NCBI GenBank assembly: GCA_907165135.1
Contig: OU015566.1
Span: forward strand, 12,276,001 to 12,340,000
Length of the DNA stretch: 64,000 bases
Origin: Oikopleura dioica
Taxonomy: Eukaryota; Animalia; Chordata
Direction of reading: 5' to 3'
The position numbers and the translations under genes were made by a program. The notes under the pieces were generated by a model, which did no database searches, was not told where the DNA came from, and saw only the letters and a program-made list of their open reading frames with translations. Shown in pieces: positions 1-16,546 of the stretch (positions are counted from its first letter, which is position 1; the number at the start of each line of letters is the position of its first letter).

Positions 1-557
1 AATCTCTTGCGTCAACTCCTCAGAAGTCATTTCTTCGCTCAAAGGGCTTTTGGATTTGAGAATTCTTGGAACTCCCATTTCGACTCTCGGAAAGCCAGTG
101 TGCAGCTTCTTGACGATCTGGGGCTTTTGATTGTGGCGATTTCCGGGTTGTTCTTTTCCTTTGCGGCACTGATTCATTTGGTGCGGTCGGATTCGTTTGT
201 TTCGGAAGTTCTTAGCGCTAGAAATCGTTGAATTAACGTAGGAAAGGAATAGTACTGTAATTACTTGCAAAAAGTGCCTCCTTGAGTCTCCATCGCGCCC
301 AGTGCATCCTCAAGCTGGGCAGTGAGTTCTTGCTCCATCAGAATATCACCCCAGAGATTCGCCTTTGGCATATTTTCAACACGGTCAACTCTAAAAATGC
401 GAGTTGACTTGGATATCTTCATTACCCAAATTCCACAAAGACTGGCACAGACTCTCAAAATCTCTCGTTCAAATTTTCTGGGGGGCTTTCTCAATAAAGA
501 GCGACGTTGGCCAATGAGCTCGCGGCGATTTTCCAATATTACTGAAATGAAGCACAA
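1..557 (-). CDS. PHAX: PHAX-like phosphorylated adapter for RNA export (spliced; start uncertain; 3' part runs off the window edge)
   Basis: KANLWGDILMEQELTAQLEDALGAME resembles PHAX NNIWGAVLQEQ...ELGILGMEG. The next exon ends SPLSEEMTSEELTQEI, like the start of the PHAX RNA-binding domain (EITAEDSQEKVADEI). Confidence 0.55.
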
Positions 558-763
558 GCAAAACCGTTAAGTTACTTTTCAGAGAAGAAAATACCCATGA
601 AAGAGATTGAAATCTAAGAAAAGTTCCATCTAGAAGAATGAAGATAAGTACCGACGTTTTCAATGTCTGATAGTCTGCATCAATTACTCAATAAACTAGA
701 GATTATCTGAACATTCTTCAATCTGAATTTTTTATAATAAATATTCAAAATTTTGTTCTTAGA

Positions 764-1927
764 ATGTTTCACACATCGACCCAGCGCGAGCACTGGACAT
801 TTTCCTCGAAAGATGACCTCTTCACCCTTCGAGAAAGGGTCAACGAAAACTACCGGTCGAAAATGAGCTCACGATTGAAGCTAGGGCCCTCTCAATGGCT
901 TGCTCCAGATGAAGAGCTCAAATATATAAAGTATTATGAAGGAAGACTTCAAAGTTTCTGCAACCACTTCAAGGTGCTTCTTCTTAAAATTATTTATCTA
1001 TCATTCTTAATTTTAGGTCCCTGTCAAGAACATATTCAGCCTTCCTCCGACCGTCAAAGCCACTGCAATCGTTTACTTCAAGCGTTTTTACCTCCGGACG
1101 TCTGCGATGGAATACAACCCGCGTTTTGTTGCTTTTGCATGTCTCTGGCTCGCCACCAAAGTTGAGGAGTTCAACGTCTCCATTACAGAGTTTGTCGAGA
1201 ATTTGCAGCCGAAGGATCAAGACGAATGCACCCACTTCGAGGACATCATTTTGTCTCTCGAATTGCCGATTATTCACGCTCTGAAGGTGAGAACAGAAAA
1301 CTTCCAGCAGCGAAATAAACACTTCTTGACTAGTATCACCTGACAATACATAATCCATACAGACCCCTAGAAGGATTTCTCATCGATCTTCGAGCGAGAT
1401 GCGAGGGTCTTCAAAACAGCGATATTCTCCGCCAAAATGCATATGCTTTTCTCGATAAGGTCTTCCGCACTGACGTTCCTCTTCTTCACCCACCATCAGT
1501 GATCGCAATTGCCGCTTGCAGACAATCAGCGAGCGAGAATAAAGTGTCCATTGATCAGTGAGTCAAGAAATAGTGGTATCTCTCTTCTTCAATGTTAGGT
1601 ACATTCTCGGAAAATTGTTCCCCGATTCCAAAGAATCACCAGAATATGAGCACTTCAAAACTGCTATCAAAAAGATCCGGAGCGCTGTCAAAAAGTCCGA
1701 CAAAGAGATTCCGGCCCCAGAAGTCGTCGGTCAACTCAAAGCCAAGTGGGAGCGCTGTCGAAATCCAGGTAAACTCATGTTCATTCGAAAATGCAGCAGT
1801 AGTCATTCAAGTTCAATGATCTATTTCAGACCTTACTGACGAAAAACTTGTCCAATTCGTTGACGATGATGATGATGCTGCTCCAGTTGTTGAAACAATT
1901 TCAATGGATGATCTCGTCGATTTCTAA
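764..1927 (+). CDS. CCNH: Cyclin H (multi-exon)
   Basis: MFHTSTQREHWTF N-terminus; cyclin-box motifs ACLWLATKVEEFNVS and PYRPLEGFLIDL; GT-AG introns; ATG directly after a ttttgttcttag acceptor. Confidence 0.93.
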
Positions 1928-2045
1928 AGAAAGATCCTTACAAGTTCAAAAATGTATCTAGACTGCCAATTAGTAACTAAAGCAGCTGACTTTTTTGACT
2001 TTTTCAGAGGAAAATCGGATCGGGTTATGTAGAGAACAAGCAGAG

Positions 2046-5702
<3,657 letters not shown>

Positions 5703-5927
5703 GTTCAACTAAATAAAGAAAGAAATTCTAAAGCCTTTGAAGCCACATTCGATTTTTCTGTTTCATATATCTTTATTCTTCTTTCGCCTATTTCATATTT
5801 GCAAAAGGTTAATGTGTAATTTGTGATTCTAAAAACTATTCTAAAATTAAAAAGTGCAAATTCATTCATAATTTCGTTGCGGAGGATTTTCGTTTTCAAG
5901 GGTCGTTTCTTTTGAATTTTGGTTCAG

Positions 5928-7238
5928 AAATCCGGGCTGGAAATGAAAGGGCTGAACGGCGTCAAACCGGAGATTCTCAAGAACTTCGAAATTTCCAGCC
6001 AGAATGTTATTCAACCCCTTCCACCGATCGAAAAAATACCGACCCTGAAGACTTCCCTGATCAATACTGGCCGAGTTCTTCAAAAAATGAAAACGCGGAG
6101 GGCCAGGTTAGGAAGAAAACGTTTGAAGAAAAGATCAAAGAAGAAATTGACGGCATCGTGAATTCTAAAATAAAAGACGAAGCTCAATCTCCAAGAAAAC
6201 TCGATCCTTTGCCCCCTTTCAATCTTCATATTTCGGAGAATATCTCCGTAGGCCCGGGGCAGGTAAGTTTCTTTCTATCAGAATCAAACCGTGACAGTAT
6301 CTCTCAATCAGACAGTGACGGACCCTGCGTTTGCGTACACAAAGAAGGAAGCTCTTACTTCTTACAAGAAAATACACAAGGCAGTTGCGCCAAAATCGTG
6401 GAAAGTTCCAAAAGAAGAGAAGCCAGTCTCGTTGCTAAAAGAACTTTGCCCAGAAACAGAAATCCTGAAATTCGGAGAGCACCAAGAACTCCTGCTAGAG
6501 GTAAAAAGTCATAATTATTCCTCACTCAAAATCTCCTAGATTCTGAAACACTACAGAGAATACCTAGGCCATCTCGACACTAAAATCGCATCACTCGATG
6601 ATTTACCAGAACCTGTCCCGATCACAGTAAATGTCAGAGAAGAAAAACGACTTCACGATCAAGCGATTCAAAGCGGAAAAGAAAAACAAGAATATATCGC
6701 GGCACCTTTGCCTCCGCCACCAAAGCCTGAAGAAATTATCAAAACAGAATACATAGACCCAGAATATCATGAACTACCAAAGGCAGGATTTTTTTATTTA
6801 TAATAATGTATCAAGACCAGTATTTGACGCACGGAGTCTAAATCTTTTTGAATCATTTTAAAACATTAAATTGAAACAGTAATGGGAACAAAGTGTGAAA
6901 AGGTTTATATTTCGATTTTCAATGCAAGAGCGCCCCCAGAAGCATCTGTTTAAAATGCATAAAAATGCATGTGAAATGCAAAAATGCCTAAAAGATCCTT
7001 ATCAAAGTCAATCGTCGACCTCGGCGTTCAAGTCCAAGATCAGATCAATCGACTTGCTGACCTCGATTCTGAAACAAGCAAGATCAAACCATGGTACAAC
7101 AAGCTCGAAAAAACCCTTCTCGATGAAGAAAAACTACTTCGCATAAAACTATCAAATCTAAAGGAGAAAAACGACCTTTTTGAGAGCCAAGAAGAGCTGA
7201 AAGAGCTCAGCGACGAATTCTCGAAGGAAGCATATTAA
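5928..7238 (+). CDS. Hypothetical multi-exon protein with C-terminal coiled coil; start codon not located
   Basis: ORFs 5912, 6291 and 6984 are flanked by splice sites; the 6262 donor and the 6282 acceptor join in frame. No family recognised. Confidence 0.5.
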
Positions 7239-7344
7239 TTTTTATACTTTGTTAATTCATAAAATATATTTTTCTACTGTAAGTAATCGTTATTTCATTT
7301 TAGATGATTTATTAATCGTAAAATATCAAAGAAAATATACGAAG

Positions 7345-9755
7345 ATGAGGACTGTTCGTATTCATGTCAAGTCTGTTTTAAAGGTTTTCGAACATCTGTA
7401 AATCGCTGTGGTAACTTTATTTTTAGCTCATTGTCTTCCTTGGATGCTTCGGTGGAATAATGTTTGCCATGTGGCCCAAGACCACCGAAGAGTTTATCCG
7501 AGAGACGGAAAGCTCTTACAATGATCTCAAAAAACGCGCCATGGACTCTATCGCATCTGTTGGTGGTAAGCTTCGACTTGAAGATATTGACCCAGCCTTG
7601 GCGGAGGGTTTCCCAAAATTGACGAAAGATGAGATTGGCAATTACGAGCCGAAGGATTGGAAGGTCCCTGCGGGTCCGGGTGAAGGTGGACTTGAGCCAG
7701 TCAAGCTGGATAACTCGCCGGAGATGGAGAAGAAACAGAAAGATGGTAAGTCATTCACTTCAATGGCTTCGTTTCTATTGAAATTCTAGCTATCAACGAA
7801 TTCGGCTTCAATATGGTGGCATCGGATGCTGTCTCACTCGATCGCTATCCAGCTGATTTGCGTCACGAAGAATGCAAACACTACCAATACCCAGAAAAAC
7901 TCCCAGCATCATCGGTCATTTTCGTCTTTCACAACGAGGGCTGGTCTACTCTAGTACGAAGTATTCACTCGGTCGTAAATTTTTCGCCTCCAGAGCTTCT
8001 CGAAGAAGTTGTGCTGATTGACGATGGCTCGACGAAGGAACATATTACCGGAGGTCGACTTGAGGAGCATATCAAACAGTGGAATGGACTTGTCAAGGTA
8101 AAGAAATTTTTTCGAAACCGGTCTAAAAAATTCTAGCTTTACCGAAACGAGCGTAGAGAAGGTCTGATTCGAGCTCGATCTATCGGAGCGAAGAAAGCTG
8201 TCGGCTCAGTTCTAGTCTATCTCGATGCACACTGTGAAGTTCAGCCGAACTGGCTTGTTCCCCTTGTTGAGCCAATGGTCCACGACTATCGAATTTGCAC
8301 TGTTCCTATGGTGGATGCTATCGATGGTTCAACATATGTCTTCTCACCACAAGCGGGAGGAGATGAGAATAATTTTGCTAGAGGAGCTTGGGATTGGGAC
8401 TTGCTGTGGAAGAGAATTCCTTTGAACGATCGAGAGAGGGTACTTAGACACTCATTTACCCTTTTTAAATCAGTTTTAGGCTCGACAAGAGCATACTACA
8501 TCGCCTTACCGATCGCCCGCCATGGCTGGTGGTCTTTTTGCAATTTCCCGAAAGTTCTTCTTTGAACTTGGTTTGTACGATCAAGGACTCGATATTTGGG
8601 GAGGAGAAAACTTTGAAATTTCATACAAAATCTGGATGTGTCACGGACAGATGCTTTTTGTTCCATGTTCCAGAGTTGGACATATTTACAGAATGAAGGG
8701 ATGGAGGGGCAATGGTACTCCATCTTATGTCAAAGGTAGACAGTTTTATTACGCTCTCGCAAATTGATCTTCTTCAAGGAAATTTCGTCGATCGAAACTA
8801 CGTTCGAGTGGTGGAAGTCTGGTGGGATGACTACGCTAAATACTTTTATGAGCGAAAACCTAATGCTAAACATGTTGATCCTGGAGATCTCACTGAAGTT
8901 AAAGCGGTACGAGAACGGCTTCAGTGCAAATCCTTCGATTGGTTCATGAAAGAGATCGGCTACGACTTACCAAAATATTTCCCTCTTGTTGAACCCGGAA
9001 ATGGAGCTCGCGGACATATCACAAACGTTGGTACGAATCTATGCGTCGATGGACATCACGCTGGTCAAGGAGATCAGCTTTCACTCTCCGAATGTAACGC
9101 AGTCAAGGAAGGTCAATGGATGCTCACCTGGCATGAAGATATCCGACCTCTTAGCGGATCAAGTAAGTTTTTAAGGCGTACAACTATTTTAATTAAATCA
9201 GGTGGGATAATGGATAAAATGATGTTTTGGAAAAATTTTGGTAAGCACTTAGCATGCAATTTATCTTCATTTATCCGACCCAACGATCCGTTTATCTCTC
9301 ATAAATGAACTTCGATTAGTTCTCAGATGATTATTTTCAAATTATTGATTTTAAAATCGGCTCCCATTTTGATAGTTATCTTTAGATGTCGAAAATAAAA
9401 AAGCCTCTGACGCGCGAAAACAATGCTGGGACGGCACTGGAATCGGAAATCCAATTGGTTTTTGGGAGTGCCACACACAAGGTGGCAACCAGCTCTTCAA
9501 ATATCTCCCCGACAAGAAGCAATTCATCCACGCGCCTTCCAGAGCTTGCGCTACGGCCGATCCGGTTTTCCTCGTATCAATAAATGATTTTTATGTTCTT
9601 TTTAGGACAAGAAAAAGGTCTATCTCAAAGCTTGTGATGATGGCAACGACAGGCAAAAATGGTGGTGGGATAGACAGGACGACGCTGTTCTTGCTCGACA
9701 AAATAAAGACATGCAAAATCACATCGATCCTCCAGAGTTGGATTATCTTTCGTAA
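7345..9755 (+). CDS. GALNT7: Polypeptide N-acetylgalactosaminyltransferase 7
   Basis: Type II anchor [16 protein letters not shown]; [13 protein letters not shown]; LDAHCEV; [24 protein letters not shown]; [11 protein letters not shown]; [13 protein letters not shown]; [11 protein letters not shown]; C-terminal ricin lectin domain. Confidence 0.93.
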
Positions 9756-9997
9756 TCTTTCTCATTTTAGAGTTAACTTATAGAAACACCAAATCAACTC
9801 AAAACCCAATAGATTCAATTACGCTAAACTAGTACACACGCTTTCCACTGGTGAAAATAACTTCAGATCAGAGTATCTCCTACATGCCGTTATTTGCGGT
9901 CCCAATCGTGTTTTCCTTCAGGTATCGACAACTCTCACTGCTTCTAAGTTTCGCCTTCTCTTCGCAAAAGTCTACCTGACTAGTATCTGACGCGCTT

Positions 9998-10013
9998 CTG
10001 AAATCAAGGAAGA
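9998..10013 (+). repeat. Dispersed motif YTGAAATCAASGAAGA, copy 1 (between GALNT7 and PAM16)
   Basis: CTGAAATCAAGGAAGA read directly. Confidence 0.9.
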
Positions 10014-10320
10014 GAATTTCTCATAAATCTCTTTCTCCATTCGTATATTTTTTCATGTCGCTAAAATGTGTTAAAAGCTGTTAAAAAGCCTAAAAATAGA
10101 TTCAAAGCCTACAAGATTATCTTCTGTATCGAGTATTTTATGATTCAAAGTCAAGTGTTTTACACGGGCATTTCTATTTCAACATAGAAGTGTCCGAAAT
10201 TCGCCTTCAAGCTCCTGTATTGTTCTTTCAAATAAAAAATATTCTGTTACTGCTTAGTCGGTGCAATAAACTTTCATTAATAAAACAAGTGTTTGACTTC
10301 GTTACAGTTTTAGTTTCAGT

Positions 10321-10862
10321 ATGACTTGGGACTCATTCAAGAGGCTCGCCATTGTCGCTCAGAAAACAGCAAAAGCATCGCTAAATGCGGCTCGAACTGC
10401 TGTGACAGAGACTTACAAGCAGAACAAGATCAGAGCTGAGGCAGCAGAGGCCCGGGAAGTAAGAATTCTCAATCTATAAAATGTTTTCTCTAATTGTTTT
10501 TAAAGAAAGAAGAAGCGGCTCAAAACAAAAACTTTTTCGAAAAAATGGGTCCCAGCCGTGAAATGTCGTTATCGGAAGCAATCGAAGTCCTTGGAATCGA
10601 AGATCAATACAAGACAGAGGAATTTACTGTCAGCCTAATTGAAGAGCGTCACGAAAAGATGATAGAAATCAATCAAAAGGGCAAAGTCGTCAGCCCGTAT
10701 TTGGTGGCGAAGATTAATAACGCTAAAGATTCTGCCATTGTGGCGGCGCTCATGGAAGCGGAAAAGAATTCTAGCGCCGCAGAAGCCGATTCCAGTCAGG
10801 AAAAAGAGAAGACTGAAGCGAAAAGTGAAAGTGAAGAGAATAAAAAATCTGAACAAAAATAA
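10321..10862 (+). CDS. PAM16: Mitochondrial import motor subunit PAM16/Tim16 (Magmas), 2 exons
   Basis: J-like domain MSLSEAIEVLGI...IEERHEKMIEINQKGKVVSPYLVAKINNAKD, matching LSLQEAQQILNV...SFYLQSKVVRAKE. Confidence 0.85.
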
Positions 10863-11004
10863 ATTATTTACGACTAATTGAAAACAAGCTAAAATTCATA
10901 AAAGAAAGCCGGATCACTCGAGCCTTGAGCCTAAATGAAAGTTTCCCACCGCCAAGTACGCCGGTGATTCTATTTAGAAAGTCCTCGAGTTGATTAAATA
11001 TTTC

Positions 11005-11465
11005 CAGGGTGGCTATTTTGGATTTGGGGGTTAGTTGGAATTGGATTGGATCCAATCCAATAAGGTTTGGATGGAATTTGGATGGCCAGGGTACCGGATT
11101 TTGTTGGGGAAAATTGGGCAATTGGGGGAAATTTGGGGAATCGGATCCAATAAAAAATATATCCCTAAACTATGCAAAGTAGGGTCATTTTCATGATGAA
11201 AATGAACAATTTCAGATAAAAAAATCATCGTTTGGCAGAGTTGATCCTCCTTTCGGATAAAAACTTACTGTTTCCTTTCTTTTTAAAGTACTAGAAGCCT
11301 TGGAAAAATTGGAAACCCAATTGGATCCAATTGGAATTGGGGATTATTGGGAAATTGGGTAAAATTGGATTGGATTGGATTTTGGATGGATAGCTTCGAC
11401 TCAAAATTTATTGGATGGAAATTGGATGGCCAGACCCCGAAATTTTGTCCAAAATAGCCACCCTG
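11005..11465. mobile_element. MITE-1: non-autonomous DNA transposon, 461 bp
   Basis: Perfect 18-bp TIR CAGGGTGGCTATTTTGGA (11005-11022) / TCCAAAATAGCCACCCTG (11448-11465); flanking direct repeat ATATTTC (10998-11004, 11466-11472); internal AATTGG/ATCCAAT repeats. Confidence 0.9.
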
Positions 11466-11535
11466 ATATTTCCCCTCATTGATTGTTTGCGATTTAGACG
11501 GACTTCGAAAAGACAAAAATGTGGTCATACAGAGA

Positions 11536-13744
11536 ATGAAAGCTCTCCGGACAAGAGCATACGGGCTCCTGGCGTTTTTCCTTGCGATTGTGCACAATGT
11601 TTTCCTGATTTACCATGTCGATGTTTATGTTTACTCCTACAAGGTTTGATCAAATTTTGAAGACGAAATCGAAACCGATTTTTAGGTTGATAAAGGGTCA
11701 TTCTGGCTCGGAGAAATTATCTTTTTGCTGTGGAACTCGATCAACGATCCTCTTTTCGGATATCTCTCCGACGTCGACCTAGTATCGGAAAATACGAAGA
11801 AGCATTATGCAGAAGATCTCGTTCTACGTCGCCTAAAATCCATTCGCACTTACGGACCACTTTTATGTCTGAGCTTCTTTCTTTTCTGGATTCCCTTTCT
11901 CCCCGTTTGGACCCACTTCGTTGTTGGTATCTGCTTGTATGACAGTTTCCTGACTGTGATGGATTTAAATATGAATTCCTTATTGGCAGATATCTCCTCG
12001 TCGATGGAAGAGAGGACTGCTTTGTCGAAGAGTCGGTCTTTAGGAAATATTGTTGCTTCAATTTCTGTNNNNNNNNNNNNNNNNNNNNNNNNNNNATTAT
12101 TTCAAGGTATGCTATCAGCTAAAATCTGTATCAAAAGGCCTTTAGATTTTCTGTTTCTGTATTTCCGTCTTATCTGGCTTTGGTTTCTTTTTGATTTCTT
12201 CAACCCTCATCCGCCAATTCGAGCCCAAATCATTCGCCTCAGAAGATTCGCAACTTCTACCATCAATTGTTTCAAATATCAAATTGCCTTCGCTCAATTT
12301 AGCCGCTATTGTCGCGGCTTTATCGTACCTGTCGCAGCTGTGCTCGATGCACAACTTTCTGTATTTTGTGATGATGAGCCTGATTCAAGTTTTTCATTGT
12401 CACTTCAATTCAAGTTTCATGCCGCTCTTTGTTGTAAGTATAATTTTCATTTTTCTAGGAGAAACGGATTCTTTTCAGTCATTGCTGCTCAAAGATCATT
12501 TTCCCTCATACTTCTGTCCCCTTTTGATGGGCCTCTCTTTTCTTTTACCGCATCTGAATAACTTTTACTTCCTACGTTTGTGTCAAAAGCAGGGAACGTA
12601 TCATGTTATCCAAGGTAAGCACACTCTTTAGGGGAGAGCTACGACTCGCCGGGATTTCTGGCCGAGCTACGACTTGCCGGGATTAGATGTGCAGAATCCC
12701 GACGAGTCGTAGCTGATGTTTTAGAAACTCTAGATAACAGAACTCTACGGAAGTAAAAAAGTGAAAAATTCGCCGATTATTGTTTTTGTTCGATCGTTAT
12801 TAATAGAATATTATCGAAACAAATATGATTGGCAGTTAAATATTTTTGAACCCCTAACCCTAACATTAAAATAGAAAAATCACACAAATACAAACTTACA
12901 CGATGCTTCAACCAAATCTCACTGTCAAACAACTAAACACACAGTTAAAAACAAAATTTAACAATAAATAATGTCTTCTGTTATAAAGAAAAATATTTCA
13001 AGTAAACTTTCATCAGTTTTGCAAAGCTAAATTTGGTAAAACTTTTATCCTAACCTTTATTTTAGAATGATTGAGGGTATTTATATCAGAATTTCTAGAC
13101 CAGCTACGACTCGCCGGGATTTATTATGCAAGGTCCCGGCAAGTCCTGAAAATCCCGGCGAGTCGTAGCTCCCCGCTCTTTAGTGTACTCCTTGTTGACT
13201 TCAAGATCTTTAGGTCTCTTGGTGATCAAATTTCTCCTCGCATTCGCAGTCTACATCGCCGACGTCAACTTGCTCTGGCTCATCGCTATCTTTATCATGT
13301 CCAACAGAATCTTCACCGAAGGAATTTGCCGACTTTGTGATCTCGTCATCGCCGATTTGATCGACCAGGACTTTGTTGAAAACGACAGAAAAGTGACAGC
13401 CTCGGCTTTCTTTTTCGGATCAACCGCGCTTTTGACCAAGCCAGGCCAAAGTCTAGCGCCAATTATCGGTACCGCGCTGCTTACAGTAGCAGCTGGTTCG
13501 GATGATATCAGAGCGAGGACAGAAGAAGAAGCCCTTACAGAGGAAGATTTTAAGTCTTATTGCTTGGTACTGACAGGGGTGCCGATGGTTTGCTCGATTT
13601 TGCAAATTCTTATTTGGGTAAGCTTCATTTACTGATAACTTACGAGGATCAACCCTCTTTGTTCAGAAACAATTTGATCTGAAAGGAGGCAAGCTCCGTT
13701 ACATAAAATCCGTCCGCCAAAAACAAGAAATCCACTCAATATAA
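11536..13744 (+). CDS. MFSD13A: Major facilitator superfamily protein MFSD13A/TMEM180
   Basis: AYGLLAFFLAIVHNVFLIYHVD; FWLGEIIFLLWNSINDPLFGYLSD; CLYDSFLT; SNRIFTEG; ALLTKPGQSLAPIIG. Exact ATG is uncertain. Confidence 0.9.
12069..12095. other. Assembly gap (27 N) inside MFSD13A
   Basis: Run of n characters. Confidence 0.99.
12631..13175. mobile_element. MITE-2 (about 545 bp) in an MFSD13A intron
   Basis: 22-bp inverted repeat GAGCTACGACTCGCCGGGATTT (12636-12657 / 13150-13171); flanking direct repeat CTCTTTA(G) at 12624 and 13176; further internal copies of AGCTACGACT(C/T)GCCGGGA in both orientations. Confidence 0.88.
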
Positions 13745-13960
13745 ACCTACTCATCAATCCGTCTATTTATTCGCTCAAAGATTTTCTTTCATTCACTGTA
13801 TTTGCATCTCTCAAAGTTCCATCCTCTCCATTTTGTTTATATCGATTTTTACGCAAGAACCTAAAGGCTATATATTCTGATTCTTTCATAATTCTGTTCA
13901 AAACTCAATAAACTTTACGAATGATGAAAATAACTGAATGAACATTTGCAGAATGAGGTG

Positions 13961-16546
13961 ATGGATGCTAATAATTACGCTCGGGCAAAATTTGCTTACG
14001 AGCCTCAGAATGCTGATGAGCTCAGCCTCACCAAAGGCGACTATGTTGAGATTTTGAACAGCGAAGAAGAAGAATGGTGGGAGGCCCGTATTCTCACCTC
14101 GAATGAAAGAGGATGGATTCCAAAAGCATACTTGAGGCCGCTCAAAGGACAAAAAGAGCTCGACAAGGTCTTACGTTTACTGAGAAAAAGTCCAAAAGGA
14201 AGAAATTCTGGAGCAGAGCCGGTAGAAGCTGTGGTGCAAAATGACTGGTTCAAAAAAGTGTATATCGAAGTTATCGAAGATTCGAAGAAGTATCTGAGAG
14301 ATGTGGAAGCGATAAGAACAACCTGTGCCAAAGTAAGGGAGGCTCTTGGAGACACGGCGTATGCAGTATCGAAGTTGGAAGCGAGCTCGGATAAACTGAG
14401 GGGAGTTGAAAATCGAATTGTAGAGAGATTTCAACATGATATTGACTCTGAGTCGCCAAGCGCTGGAAGAATCCTAAATGAGGTAAAAGTAACATCATGG
14501 ATTGATTTAACGAAATGTATTAGACACTCGAAGAATACAGAAATGTTTATGAGTCGTATCACATCAACCACCCAACAGCAGTTGACTCCCTCCAACGCGA
14601 GCAACATCACATTCAGAACCTTGATCTCAATGCCATCAGATCATCCTGGGCGAAGCCACTTTTGAGATTAGAAAACTTTCCTTTGAGATTAAGAGATCTT
14701 GAGAAATATTATGGGGAAGCAGATGAGGATAGAAATCTTCTTGGTAAGTTTTTTAGCGAATTTTCTGAAGTAGCCCCCTTTTCAAGCCCGATCAATCTAC
14801 CAAATTGAAGAAGTCCTACTCCAGAAGTGCCAGAGTATAAGGAAAAATAAAGAGCTCGAACTTGCTGTACTCCAGCAGCCTATCAGAAATTGGACTGGTG
14901 ACTCTATCGATGAGCTCGGCTCTCTCAGACTAATGACTCCTGTAAGACCCTTCGACTAGCAACACCTTCTGATTCTTCCTTTAGTTAATGATTCGCGCAG
15001 GTCGCGAAATCAAAGCTTTCAACGGCTATGGTCTCGTCTTTTCATCAGCTATTGTTTTGATCACAGCGACAGATCGCATGTCTGGATTCGTACTCGTTGC
15101 AAATATTCCAAAAGTTAAACTAGCGGTTTCGCGAAAGAGTGACACTTGTGTCGAGGTAGGATTATTTTATGTTCTCTTCCTTGATGTCGATTTTCAGACA
15201 ACTGGTAACGCAGGTCACTTCTGGTTCGTCTTCGAGTCCAAAGAAGATACCGATGAGTGGTGGGGAGCAATGGAAGCTCTCAATGTTCAAATTTCAAAGT
15301 CGCTTTCGACAACCCAAATTCTTCATCCCTCTGATCGATCGAGCTTCTCTGAAGTGAACGGGCACGGACCTCGAAAAAGTCGAGAAAGACCAAGCTATTC
15401 TACTGAGAGCAGTGCTACCCTCAACGTTGATAACAAAAGAAATCCCAGATCAAAATCTGGTAGTCCATTTGCAGTTATGGCACCGGTTAAACATGTTCCC
15501 ATCAGAGTTTGTTGAATATCTAATTCTCTCTATTTTATGATTTTCTTAGACTTCACGAAATCCAGTTGAATATTCTTCATACAACCACAATCAGTCCTCC
15601 CCACCACCGATCAAACTCTGTCCTTCTTCATCAACCTTATCCACAACAGGTATTTGAAGAATGCGCTGTCTTTTGTTTTGCGTTTTCATAATGCATCATA
15701 ATAAAAGAGCAGCAATTTAATTATCTGTTGCTAGCCTCATCAACATTCTGCGCCCGACCGACTCCCCCTTATCGAGCGACATCACCTCGTCCTGCCAGAA
15801 GTAAAGACAGAAAGTCAAAGACGTTCAGATCGAGAACGCCGGAACATCATCGAGAGACGCGGCAGAATGTAAGAAAGATAAATCGGTTTTGAATACAATA
15901 ATACCTCAATGAGGTCATTAACTCCTTGTGAAAAAATTATGGAAAAGTAAAGCCGTTTTTAAGCCCCGAGATCACTCGATAGAAGTGATGGGGATTTACG
16001 AAGCTTACAACTCGACAAACAGAAGGCGGAAAAACTCAGATCCATCTCTTGCTGCCGGTAGAATGAGCCAAATACCGCTTGCGAATCAACAGGCGTTTCA
16101 TCGATCTATGGAAGAGTAATTGGCTAACTAAAGTGCACTTGTAATCATAATTTCTAGCTTGATGGAAATGAAAATATCAATTCTTCGTCAGGAGTTTGAG
16201 GAAAAGTTTGATAAGCTAAGAGAGCGGATAGAAACTGCTGATCAAGATCGATCTGTTTTAAAAGCGACAATCAGGTGAACAACGATTTAAATCGAAGGTC
16301 TCTTAAAAAGACTTCAGAGCGACTCGTAATAATCTACTAGAAGAACAGGCAACAAGGCGTCGACTTGAAGCAAAGATACAGGAGATGATTAATGAAAGAG
16401 ATACACTTGAGCTTCCACCAGGAAAGGGTTACTTTGAAGACTTCAAAGTTTGAAGGTTGAAGTAGCAAAATCTTAGCCTAAGATTCTTTGAACCAGAAGT
16501 AACCAAGCAAGAAAACGCATTCACTTCGCACTCTGAAGACCATTAA
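13961..16546 (+). CDS. ARHGEF7: PIX-family Rho GEF (SH3-DH-PH with C-terminal coiled coil), ARHGEF6/7; 3' end approximate
   Basis: SH3 ARAKFAYEPQNADELSLTKGDYV...WW; DH YESYHINHPTAVDSL; PH FSSAIVLITATDRMSGFVLVANIP (PIX: [24 protein letters not shown]); LLEEQATRRRLE coiled coil. Confidence 0.82.

Noticed and set aside
10864-11660. ORFs rich in NP/IG/LDPI
   Set aside because: These are translations of MITE-1 repeats.
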